A stretch of 64,000 nucleotides of DNA from Balanoglossus misakiensis. Taxonomy: Eukaryota; Animalia; Hemichordata. Position numbers and translations under genes: made by a program. The notes under the pieces were generated by a model, which saw only the letters and a program-made list of their open reading frames with translations, was not told where the DNA came from and ran no database searches. Location of the stretch: assembly GCA_040954595.2 (NCBI GenBank), contig CM082578.2, positions 16,871,603 through 16,935,602 of the forward strand, written 5' to 3'. Positions 51,646-64,000 of this stretch are shown here, in pieces. The first letter of the stretch is position 1; the number at the start of each line of letters is the position of its first letter.

Positions 51646-54600
51646 TTTTCAAAAATCGACCAAATTTTGAAATTTCGCGAAGTCGAAAAATTGACATTTC
51701 TGGATGATTTTCCTGAGCTATAACCCATGGTTTTTGTCGAAAAACCACCAAATTTTGAAATTTCGCGAAGTCGAAAAATTAACATTTCTGGATGATATTC
51801 ATGAGCTATAACCCATGGTTTTTGTCGAAAAACCACCAAATTTTGAAATTTCGCGAAGTCGAAAAATTGACATTTCTGGATGATTTTCATGAGCTATAAC
51901 CCATGGTTTTTGTCGAAAAACCACCAAATTTTGAAATTTCGCGAAGTCGAAAAATTGACATTTCTGGATGATTTTCATGAGCTATAACCCATGGTTTTTG
52001 TCGAAAAACCATCAAATTTTGAAATTTCGCGAAGTCGAAAAATTGACATTTCTGGATGATTTTCATGAGCTACAACCCATGGTTTTTGTCGAAAAACCAC
52101 CAAATTTTGAAATTTCGCGAAGTCGAAAAATTGACATTTCTGGATGATTTTCATGAGCTATAACCCATGGTTTTTGTCGAAAAACCACCAAATTTTGAAA
52201 TTTCGCGAAGTCGAAAAATTGACATTTCTGGATGATTTTCATGAGCTATAACCCATGGTTTTTGTCGAAAAACCACCACATTTTGAAATTTCGCGAAGTC
52301 GAAAAATTGACATTTCTGGATGATTTTCATGAGCTATAACCCATGGTTTTTGTCGAAAAACCACCAAATTTTGAAATTTCGCGAAGTCGAAAAATTGACA
52401 TTTCTGGATGATTTTCATGAGCTATAACCCATGGTTTTTGTCGAAAAACCACCAAATTTTGAAATTTCGCGAAGTCGAAAAATTGACATTTCTGGATGAT
52501 TTTCATGAGCTATAACCCATGGTTTTTGTCGAAAAACCACCAAATTTTGAAATTTCGCGAAGTCGAAAAATTGACATTTCTGGATGATTTTCCTGAGCTA
52601 TAACCCATGGTTTTTGTCGAAAAACCACCAAATTTTGAAATTTCGCGAAGTCGAAAAATTAACATTTCTGGATGATATTCATGAGCTATAACCCATGGTT
52701 TTTGTCGAAAAACCACCAAATTTTGAAATTTCTCGAAGTCGAAAAATTGACATTTCTGGATGATTTTCATGAGCTATAACCCATGGTTTTTGTCGAAAAA
52801 CCACCAAATTTTGAAATTTCGCGAAGTCGAAAAATTGACATTTCTGGATGATTTTCATGAGCTATAACCCATGGTTTTTGTCGAAAAACCATCAAATTTT
52901 GAAATTTCGCGAAGTCGAAAAATTGACACTTCTGGATGATTTTCATGAGCTACAACCCATGGTTTTTGTCGAAAAACCACCAAATTTTGAAATTTCGCGA
53001 AGTCGAAAAATTGACATTTCTGGATGATTTTCATGAGCTATAACCCATGGTTTTTGTCGAAAAACCACCAAATTTTGAAATTTCGCGAAGTCGAAAAATT
53101 GACATTTCTGGATGATTTTCATGAGCTATAACCCATGGTTTTTGTCGAAAAACCACAAAATTTTGAAATTTCGCGAAGTCGAAAAATTGACATTTCTGGA
53201 TGATTTTCATGAGCTATAACCCATGGTTTTTGTCGAAAAACCACCAAATTTTGAAATTTCTCGAAGTCGAAAAATTGACATTTCTGAATGATTTTCATGA
53301 GCTATAACCCATGGTTTTTGTCGAAAAACCACCAAATTTTGAAATTTCGCGAAGTCGAAAAATTGACATTTCTAGATGATTTTCATGAGCTATAACCCAT
53401 GGTTTTTGTCGAAAAACCACCAAATTTTGAAATTTCGCGAAGTCGAAAAATTGACATTTCTGGATGATTTTCATGAGCTATAACCCATGGTTTTTGTCGA
53501 AAAACCACCAAATTTTGAAATTTCGCGAAGTCGAAAAATTGACATTTCTGGATGATTTTCATGAGCTATAACCCATGGTTTTTGTCGAAAAACCACCAAA
53601 TTTTGAAATTCGCGAAGTCGAAAAATTGACATTTCTGGATGATTTTCATAAGCTATAACCCATGGTTTTTGTCGAAAAACCACCAAATTTCGAAATTTCG
53701 CGAAGTCGAAAAATTGACATTTCTGGATGATTTTCCTGAGCTATAACCCATGGTTTTTGTCGAAAAACCACCAAATTTTGAAATTTCGCGAAGTCGAAAA
53801 ATTGACATTTCTGGATGATATTCATGAGCTATAACCCATGGTTTTTGTCGAAAAACCACCAAATTTTGAAATTTCTCGAAGTCGAAAAATTGACATTTCT
53901 GGATGATTTTCATGAGCTATAACCCATGGTTTTTGTCGAAAAACCACCAAATTTTGAAATTTCGCGAAGTCGAAAAATTGACATTTCTGGATGATTTTCA
54001 TGAGCTATAACCCATGGTTTTTGTCGAAAAACCACCAAATTTTGAAATTTCGCGAAGTCGAAAAATTGACATTTCTGGATGATTTTCATGAGCTATAACC
54101 CATGGTTTTTGTCGAAAAACCACCAAATTTTGAAATTTCGCGAAGTCGAAAAATTGACATTTCTGGATGATTTTCATGAGCTATAATCCATGGTTTTTGT
54201 CGAAAAACCACCAAATTTTGAAATTTCGCGAAGTCGAAAAATTGACATTTCTGGATGATTTTCATGAGCTATAACCCATGGTTTTTGTCGAAAAACCACC
54301 AAATTTTGAAATTTCTCGAAGTCGAAAAATTGACATTTCTGGATGATTTTCATGAGCTATAACCCATGGTTTTTGTCAAAAAACCACCAAATTTTGAAAT
54401 TTCTCGAAGTCGAAAAATTGACATTTCTGGATGATTTTCATGAGCTATAACCCATGGTTTTTGTCGAAAAACCACCAAATTTTGAAATTTCGCGAAGTCG
54501 AAAAATTGACATTTCTGGATGATTTTCATGAGCTATAACCCATGGTTTTTGTCGAAAAACCACCAAATTTTGAAATTTCGCGAAGTCGAAAAATTGACAT

Positions 54601-57600
54601 TTCTGGATGATTTTCATGAGCTATAACCCATGGTTTTTGTCGAAAAACCACCAAATTTTGAAATTTCGCGAAGTCGAAAAATTGACATTTCTGGATGATT
54701 TTCATGAGCTATAACCCATGGTTTTTGTCGAAAAACCACCAAATTTTGAAATTTCGCGAAGTCGAAAAATTGACATTTCTGGATGATTTTCATGAGCTAT
54801 AACCCATGGTTTTTGTCGAAAAACCACCAAATTTTGAAATTTCGCGAAGTCGAAAAATTAACATTTCTGGATGATATTCATGAGCTATAACCCATGGTTT
54901 TTGTCGAAAAACCACCAAATTTTGAAATTTCTCGAAGTCGAAAAATTGACATTTCTGGATGATTTTCATGAGCTATAACCCATGGTTTTTGTCGAAAAAC
55001 CACCAAATTTTGAAATTTCGCGAAGTCGAAAAATTGACATTTCTGGATGATTTTCATGAACTATAACCCATGGTTTTTGTCGAAAAACCACCAAATTTTG
55101 AAATTTCGCGAAGTCGAAAAATTGACATTTCTGGATGATTTTCATGAGCTATAACCCATGGTTTTTGTCGAAAAACCACCAAATTTTGAAATTTCGCGAA
55201 GTCGAAAAATTGACATTTCTGGATGATTTTCATGAGCTATAACCCATGGTTTTTGTCGAAAAACCACCAAATTTTGAAATTTCGCGAAGTCGAAAAATTG
55301 ACATTTCTGGATGATTTTCATGAGCTATAACCCATGGTTTTTGTCGAAAAACCACCAAATTTTGAAATTTCGCGAAGTCGAAAAATTGACATTTCTGGAT
55401 GATTTTCATGAGCTATAACCCATGGTTTTTGTCGAAAAACCACCAAATTTTGAAATTTCGCGAAGTCGAAAAATTGACATTTCTGGATGATTTTCATGAG
55501 CTATAACCCATGGTTTTTGTCGAAAAACCACCAAATTTTGAAATTCGCGAAGTCGAAAAATTGACATTTCTGGATGATTTTCATAAGCTATAACCCATGG
55601 TTTTTGTCGAAAAACCACCAAATTTCGAAATTTCGCGAAGTCGAAAAATTGACATTTCTGGATGATTTTCCTGAGCTATAACCCATGGTTTTTGTCGAAA
55701 AACCACCAAATTTTGAAATTTCGCGAAGTCGAAAAATTGACATTTCTGGATGATATTCATGAGCTATAACCCATGGTTTTTGTCGAAAAACCACCAAATT
55801 TTGAAATTTCTCGAAGTCGAAAAATTGACATTTCTGGATGATTTTCATGAGCTATAACCCATGGTTTTTGTCGAAAAACCACCAAATTTTGAAATTTCGC
55901 GAAGTCGAAAAATTGACATTTCTGGATGATTTTCATGAGCTATAACCCATGGTTTTTGTCGAAAAACCACCAAATTTTGAAATTTCGCGAAGTCGAAAAA
56001 TTGACATTTCTGGATGATTTTCATGAGCTATAACCCATGGTTTTTGTCGAAAAACCACCAAATTTTGAAATTTCGCGAAGTCGAAAAATTGACATTTCTG
56101 GATGATTTTCATGAGCTATAATCCATGGTTTTTGTCGAAAAACCACCAAATTTTGAAATTTCGCGAAGTCGAAAAATTGACATTTCTGGATGATTTTCAT
56201 GAGCTATAACCCATGGTTTTTGTCGAAAAACCACCAAATTTTGAAATTTCTCGAAGTCGAAAAATTGACATTTCTGGATGATTTTCATGAGCTATAACCC
56301 ATGGTTTTTGTCGAAAAACCACCAAATTTTGAAATTTCGCGAAGTCGAAAAATTGACATTTCTGGATGATTTTCATGAGCTATAACCCATGGTTTTTGTC
56401 GAAAAACCACCAAATTTTGAAATTTCGCGAAGTCGAAAAATTGACATTTCTGGATGATTTTCATGAGCTATAACCCATGGTTTTTGTCGAAAAACCACCA
56501 AATTTTGAAATTTCGCGAAGTCGAAAAATTGACATTTCTGGATGATTTTCATGAGCTATAACCTATGGTTTTTGTCGAAAAACCACCAAATTTTGAAATT
56601 TCGCGAAGTCGAAAAATTGACATTTCTGGATGATTTTCATGAGCTATAACCCATGGTTTTTGTCGAAAAACCACCAAATTTTGAAATTTCTCGAAGTCGA
56701 AAAATTGACATTTCTGGATGATTTTCATGAGCTATAACCCATGGTTTTTGTCGAAAAACCACCAAATTTTGAAATTTCGCGAAGTCGAAAAATTGACATT
56801 TCTGGATGATTTTCATGAGCTATAACCCATGGTTTTTGTCGAAAAACCACCAAATTTTGAAATTTCGCGAAGTCGAAAAATTGACATTTCTGGATGATTT
56901 TCATGAGCTATAATCCATGGTTTTTGTCGAAAAACCACCAAATTTTGAAATTTCGCGAAGTCGAAAAATTGACATTTCTGGATGATTTTCATGAGCTATA
57001 ACCCATGGGTTTTTGTCGAAAAACCACCAAATTTTGAAATTTCTCGAAGTCGAAAAATTGACATTTCTGGATGATTTTCATGAGCTATAACCCATGGTTT
57101 TTGTCGAAAAACCACCAAATTTTGAAATTTCGCGAAGTCGAAAAATTGACATTTCTGGATGATTTTCATGAGCTATAACCCATGGTTTTTGTCGAAAAAC
57201 CACCAAATTTTGAAATTTCGCGAAGTCGAAAAATTGACATTTCTGGATGATTTTCATGAGCTATAACCCATGGTTTTTGTCGAAAAACCACCAAATTTTG
57301 AAATTTCGCGAAGTCGAAAAATTGACATTTCTGGATGATTTTCATGAGCTATAACCCATGGTTTTTGTCGAAAAACCACCAAATTTTGAAATTTCGCGAA
57401 GTCGAAAAATTGACATTTCTGGATGATTTTCATGAGCTATAACCCATGGTTTTTGTCGAAAAACCACCAAATTTTGAAATTTCGCGAAGTCGAAAAATTA
57501 ACATTTCTGGATGATATTCATGAGCTATAACCCATGGTTTTTGTCGAAAAACCACCAAATTTTGAAATTTCTCGAAGTCGAAAAATTGACATTTCTGGAT

Positions 57601-60600
57601 GATTTTCATGAGCTATAACCCATGGTTTTTGTCGAAAAACCACCAAATTTTGAAATTTCGCGAAGTCGAAAAATTGACATTTCTGGATGATTTTCATGAA
57701 CTATAACCCATGGTTTTTGTCGAAAAACCACCAAATTTTGAAATTTCGCGAAGTCGAAAAATTGACATTTCTGGATGATTTTCATGAGCTATAACCCATG
57801 GTTTTTGTCGAAAAACCACCAAATTTTGAAATTTCGCGAAGTCGAAAAATTGACATTTCTGGATGATTTTCATGAGCTATAACCCATGGTTTTTGTCGAA
57901 AAACCACCAAATTTTGAAATTTCGCGAAGTCGAAAAATTGACATTTCTGGATGATTTTCATGAGCTATAACCCATGGTTTTTGTCGAAAAACCACCAAAT
58001 TTTGAAATTTCGCGAAGTCGAAAAATTGACATTTCTGGATGATTTTCATGAGCTATAACCCATGGTTTTTGTCGAAAAACCACCAAATTTTGAAATTTCG
58101 CGAAGTCGAAAAATTGACATTTCTGGATGATTTTCATGAGCTATAACCCATGGTTTTTGTCGAAAAACCACCAAATTTTGAAATTTCGCGAAGTCGAAAA
58201 ATTGACATTTCTGGATGATTTTCATGAGCTATAACCCATGGTTTTTGTCGAAAAACCACCAAATTTTGAAATTTCTCGAAGTCGAAAAATTGACATTTCT
58301 GGATGATTTTCATGAGCTATAACCCATGGTTTTTGTCGAAAAACCACCAAATTTTGAAATTTCGCGAAGTCGAAAAATTGACATTTCTGGATGATTTTCA
58401 TGAGCTATAACCCATGGTTTTTGTCGAAAAACCACCAAATTTTGAAATTTCGCGAAGTCGAAAAATTAACATTTCTGGATGATTTTCATGAGCTATAACC
58501 CATGGTTTTTGTCGAAAAACCACCAAATTTTGAAATTTCGCGAAGTCGAAAAATTGACATTTCTGGATGATTTTCATGAGCTATAACCCATGGTTTTTGT
58601 CGAAAAACCACCAAATTTTGAAATTTCGCGAAGTCGAAAAATTGACATTTCTGGATGATTTTCATGAGCTATAACCCATGGTTTTTGTCGAAAAACCACC
58701 AAATTTTGAAATTTCGCGAAGTCGAAAAATTAACATTTCTGGATGATATTCATGAGCTATAACCCATGGTTTTTGTCGAAAAACCACCAAATTTTGAAAT
58801 TTCTCGAAGTCGAAAAATTGACATTTCTGGATGATTTTCATGAGCTATAACCCATGGTTTTTGTCGAAAAACCACCAAATTTTGAAATTTCGCGAAGTCG
58901 AAAAATTGACATTTCTGGATGATTTTCATGAACTATAACCCATGGTTTTTGTCGAAAAACCACCAAATTTTGAAATTTCGCGAAGTCGAAAAATTGACAT
59001 TTCTGGATGATTTTCATGAGCTATAACCCATGGTTTTTGTCGAAAAACCACCAAATTTTGAAATTTCGCGAAGTCGAAAAATTGACATTTCTGGATGATT
59101 TTCATGAGCTATAACCCATGGTTTTTGTCGAAAAACCACCAAATTTTGAAATTTCGCGAAGTCGAAAAATTGACATTTCTGGATGATTTTCATGAGCTAT
59201 AACCCATGGTTTTTGTCGAAAAACCACCAAATTTTGAAATTTCGCGAAGTCGAAAAATTGACATTTCTGGATGATTTTCATGAGCTATAACCCATGGTTT
59301 TTGTCGAAAAACCACCAAATTTTGAAATTTCGCGAAGTCGAAAAATTGACATTTCTGGATGATTTTCATGAGCTATAACCCATGGTTTTTGTCGAAAAAC
59401 CACCAAATTTTGAAATTTCTCGAAGTCGAAAAATTGACATTTCTGGATGATTTTCATGAGCTATAACCCATGGTTTTTGTCGAAAAACCACCAAATTTTG
59501 AAATTTCTCGAAGTCGAAAAATTGACATTTCTGGATGATTTTCATGAGCTATAACCCATGGTTTTTGTCGAAAAACCACCAAATTTTGAAATTTGCTCGA
59601 AGTCGAAAAATTGACATTTCTGGATGATTTTCATGAGCTATAACCCATGGTTTTTGTCGAAAAACCACCAAATTTTGAAATTTCTCGAAGTCGAAAAATT
59701 GACATTTCTGGATGATTTTCATGAACTATAACCCATGGTTTTTGTCGAAAAACCACCAAATTTTGAAATTTCGCGAAGTCGAAAAATTGACATTTCTGGA
59801 TGATTTTCATGAGCTATAACCCATGGTTTTTGTCGAAAAACCACCAAATTTTGAAATTTCGCGAAGTCGAAAAATTGACATTTCTGGATGATTTTCATGA
59901 GCTATAACCCATGGTTTTTGTCGAAAAACCACCAAATTTTGAAATTTCGCGAAGTCGAAAAATTGACATTTCTGGATGATTTTCATGAGCTATAACCCAT
60001 GGTTTTTGTCGAAAAACCACCAAATTTTGAAATTTCGCGAAGTCGAAAAATTGACATTTCTGGATGATTTTCATGAGCTATAACCCATGGTTTTTGTCAA
60101 AAAACCACCAAATTTTAAAATTTTCGCGAAGTCGAAAAATTGACATTTCTGGATGATTTTCATGAGCTATAACCCATGGTTTTTGTCGAAAAACCACCAA
60201 ATTTTGAAATTTCTCGAAGTCGAAAAATTGACATTTCTGGATGATTTTCATGAGCTATAACCCATGGTTTTTGTCGAAAAACCACCAAATTTTGAAATTT
60301 CGCGAAGTCGAAAAATTGACATTTCTGGATGATTTTCATGAGCTATAACCCATGGTTTTTGTCGAAAAACCACCAAATTTTGAAATTTCGCGAAGTCGAA
60401 AAATTAACATTTCTGGATGATTTTCATGAGCTATAACCCATGGTTTTTGTCGAAAAACCACCAAATTTTGAAATTTCGCGAAGTCGAAAAATTTACATTT
60501 CTGGATGATTTTCATGAGCTATAACCCATGGTTTTTGTCGAAAAACCACCAAATTTTGAAATTTCGCGAAGTCGAAAAATTGACATTTCTGGATGATTTT

Positions 60601-63600
60601 CATGAGCTATAACCCATGGTTTTTGTCGAAAAACCACCAAATTTTGAAATTTCGCGAAGTCGAAAAATTGACATTTCTGGATGATTTTCATGAGCTATAA
60701 CCCATGGTTTTTGTCGAAAAACCACCAAATTTTGAAATTTCTCGAAGTCGAAAAATTGACATTTCTGGATGATTTTCATGAGCTATAACCCATGGTTTTT
60801 GTCGAAAAACCACCAAATTTTGAAATTTCGCGAAGTCGAAAAATTGACATTTCTGGATGATTTTCATGAGCTATAACCCATGGTTTTTGTCGAAAAACCA
60901 CCAAATTTTGAAATTTCGCGAAGTCGAAAAATTGACATTTCTGGATGATTTTCATGAGCTATAACCCATGGTTTTTGTCGAAAAACCACCAAATTTTGAA
61001 ATTTCGCGAAGTCGAAAAATTGACATTTCTGGATGATTTTCATGAGCTATAACCCATGGTTTTTGTCGAAAAACCACCAAATTTTGAAATTTCGCGAAGT
61101 CGAAAAATTGACATTTCTGGATGATTTTCATGAGCTATAACCCATGGTTTTTGTCGAAAAACCACCAAATTTTGAAATTTCTCGAAGTCGAAAAATTGAC
61201 ATTTCTGGATGATTTTCATGAGCTATAACCCATGGTTTTTGTCGAAAAACCACCAAATTTTGAAATTTCTCGAAGTCGAAAAATTGACATTTCTGGATGA
61301 TTTTCATGAGCTATAACCCATGGTTTTTGTCGAAAAACCACCAAATTTTGAAATTTCTCGAAGTCGAAAAATTGACATTTCTGGATGATTTTCATGAGCT
61401 ATAACCCATGGTTTTTGTCGAAAAACCACCAAATTTTGAAATTTCTCGAAGTCGAAAAATTGACATTTCTGGATGATTTTCATGAGCTATAACCCATGGT
61501 TTTTGTCGAAAAACCACCAAATTTTGAAATTTCTCGAAGTCGAAAAATTGACATTTCTGGATGATTTTCATGAGCTATAACCCATGGTTTTTGTCGAAAA
61601 ACCACCAAATTTTGAAATTTCTCGAAGTCGAAAAATTGACATTTCTGGATGATTTTCATGAGCTATAACCCATGGTTTTTGTCGAAAAACCACCAAATTT
61701 TGAAATTTCGCGAAGTCGAAAAATTGACATTTCTGGATGATTTTCATGAGCTATAACCCATGGTTTTTGTCGAAAAACCACCAAATTTTGAAATTTCGCG
61801 AAGTCGAAAAATTGACATTTCTGGATGATTTTCATGAGCTATAACCCATGGTTTTTGTCGAAAAACCACCAAATTTTGAAATTTCGCGAAGTCGAAAAAT
61901 TGACATTTCTGGATGATTTTCATGAGCTATAACCCATGGTTTTTGTCGAAAAACCACCAAATTTTGAAATTTCGCGAAGTCGAAAAATTGACATTTCTGG
62001 ATGATTTTCATGAGCTATAACCCATGGTTTTTGTCGAAAAACCACCAAATTTTGAAATTTCGCGAAGTCGAAAAATTGACATTTCTGGATGATTTTCATG
62101 AGCTATAACCCATGGTTTTTGTCGAAAAACCACCAAATTTTGAAATTTCGCGAAGTCGAAAAATTGACATTTCTGGATGATTTTCATGAGCTATAACCCA
62201 TGGTTTTTGTCGAAAAACCACCAAATTTTGAAATTTCGCGAAGTCGAAAAATTGACATTTCTGGATGATTTTCATGAGCTATAACCCATGGTTTTTGTCG
62301 AAAAACCACCAAATTTTGAAATTTCGCGAAGTCGAAAAATTGACATTTCTGGATGATTTTCATGAGCTATAACCCATGGTTTTTGTCGAAAAACCACCAA
62401 ATTTTGAAATTTCTCGAAGTCGAAAAATTGACATTTCTGGATGATTTTCATGAGCTATAACCCATGGTTTTTGTCGAAAAACCACCAAATTTTGAAATTT
62501 CTCGAAGTCGAAAAATTGACATTTCTGGATGATTTTCATGAGCTATAACCCATGGTTTTTGTCGAAAAACCACCAAATTTTGAAATTTCTCGAAGTCGAA
62601 AAATTGACATTTCTGGATGATTTTCATGAGCTATAACCCATGGTTTTTGTCGAAAAACCACCAAATTTTGAAATTTCTCGAAGTCGAAAAATTGACATTT
62701 CTGGATGATTTTCATGAGCTATAACCCATGGTTTTTGTCGAAAAACCACCAAATTTTGAAATTTCTCGAAGTCGAAAAATTGACATTTCTGGATGATTTT
62801 CATGAGCTATAACCCATGGTTTTTGTCGAAAAACCACCAAATTTTGAAATTTCGCGAAGTCGAAAAATTGACATTTCTGGATGATTTTCATGAGCTATAA
62901 CCCATGGTTTTTGTCGAAAAACCACCAAATTTTGAAATTTCGCGAAGTCGAAAAATTGACATTTCTGGATGATTTTCATGAGCTATAACCCATGGTTTTT
63001 GTCGAAAAACCACCTAATTTTGAAATTTCGCGAAGTCGAAAAATTGACATTTCTGGATGATTTTCATGAGCTATAACCCATGGTTTTTGTCGAAAAACCA
63101 CCTAATTTTGAAATTTCGCGAAGTCGAAAAATTGACATTTCTGGATGATTTTCATGAGCTATAACCCATGGTTTTTGTCGAAAAACCACCAAATTTTGAA
63201 ATTTCGCGAAGTCGAAAAATTGACATTTCTGGATGATTTTCATGAGCTATAACCCATGGTTTTTGTCGAAAAACCACCAAATTTTGAAATTTCGCGAAGT
63301 CGAAAAATTGACATTTCTGGATGATTTTCATGAGCTATAACCCATGGTTTTTGTCGAAAAACCACCAAATTTTGAAATTTCGCGAAGTCGAAAAATTGAC
63401 ATTTCTGGATGATTTTCATGAGCTATAACCCATGGTTTTTGTCGAAAAACCACCAAATTTTGAAATTTCGCGAAGTCGAAAAATTGACATTTCTGGATGA
63501 TTTTCATGAGCTATAACCCATGGTTTTTGTCGAAAAACCACCAAATTTTGAAATTTCGCGAAGTCGAAAAATTGACATTTCTGGATGATTTTCATGAGCT

Positions 63601-64000
63601 ATAACCCATGGTTTTTGTCGAAAAACCACCAAATTTTGAAATTTCGCGAAGTCGAAAAATTGACATTTCTGGATGATTTTCATGAGCTATAACCCATGGT
63701 TTTTGTCGAAAAACCACCAAATTTTGAAATTTCGCGAAGTCGAAAATTGACATTTCTGGATGATTTTCATGAGCTATAACCCATGGTTTTTGTCGAAAAA
63801 CCACCAAATTTTGAAATTTCGCGAAGTCGAAAAATTGACATTTCTGGCATGATTTTCATGAGCTATAAACCCATGGTTTTTGTCGAAAAACCACCAAATT
63901 TTGAAATTTAGCGAAGTCGAAAATTGGACATTTCTGGATGATTTTCATGAGCTATAACCCATGGTTTTTGTCGAAAAACCACCAAATTTTGAAATTTCGC
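51646..64000 (+). repeat. 88-bp satellite DNA array, about 140 highly homogeneous copies, running off the window end
   Basis: Monomer GAAAAACCACCAAATTTTGAAATTTCGCGAAGTCGAAAAATTGACATTTCTGGATGATTTTCATGAGCTATAACCCATGGTTTTTGTC (for example at 52091 and 52179). Confidence 0.99.

Noticed and set aside
51174-63807. ORFs within the satellite (for example 51174..51443, 53471..53686, 55406..55621, 63592..63807)
   Set aside because: They are translations of the 87/88-bp monomer opened by chance indels. The unit of the main array is not a multiple of 3 and there is no protein signature.
51646-64000. CRISPR array or CENP-B box interpretation of the repeat
   Set aside because: There are no unique spacers, no cas genes and the context is eukaryotic. 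TTTCGCGAAGTCGAAA does not fit the CENP-B box core (TTCG-N4-A-N2-CGGG).

Overview
Eukaryotic (animal) genomic DNA with GT-AG introns, no operons and AT-rich introns. The gene set suggests a marine invertebrate, possibly a non-vertebrate deuterostome; this is inference only. From left to right: (1) exon 1 of a divergent, non-myristoylated G-protein alpha subunit on the minus strand, absent from the ORF track; (2) DNAJB9/ERdj4 (-) head-to-head with cereblon CRBN (+, 10 coding exons) across a small shared promoter; (3) a divergent SK/KCNN-like K+ channel (-) with a GFG filter, head-to-head with a complete G-alpha-i gene (+, 7 coding exons, about 9.7 kb intron 1 containing a double-hairpin non-autonomous element); (4) two tandem single-coding-exon LRR-Ig-TM receptor paralogues (-). 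The paralogues have VLR-like 24-aa LRR modules, a colinear 'constant' C-terminal block, independently amplified near-identical LRR cassettes, and ITIM-like tyrosines in one tail. (5) A duplicated exon-like unit at about 49.7-50.8 kb. (6) From about 51.2 kb to the end, an 88-bp satellite (about 140 copies) with higher-order duplications, preceded by an inverted 87-bp variant array. Exon coordinates were derived by hand from splice signals and reading-frame continuity; no database searches were run.
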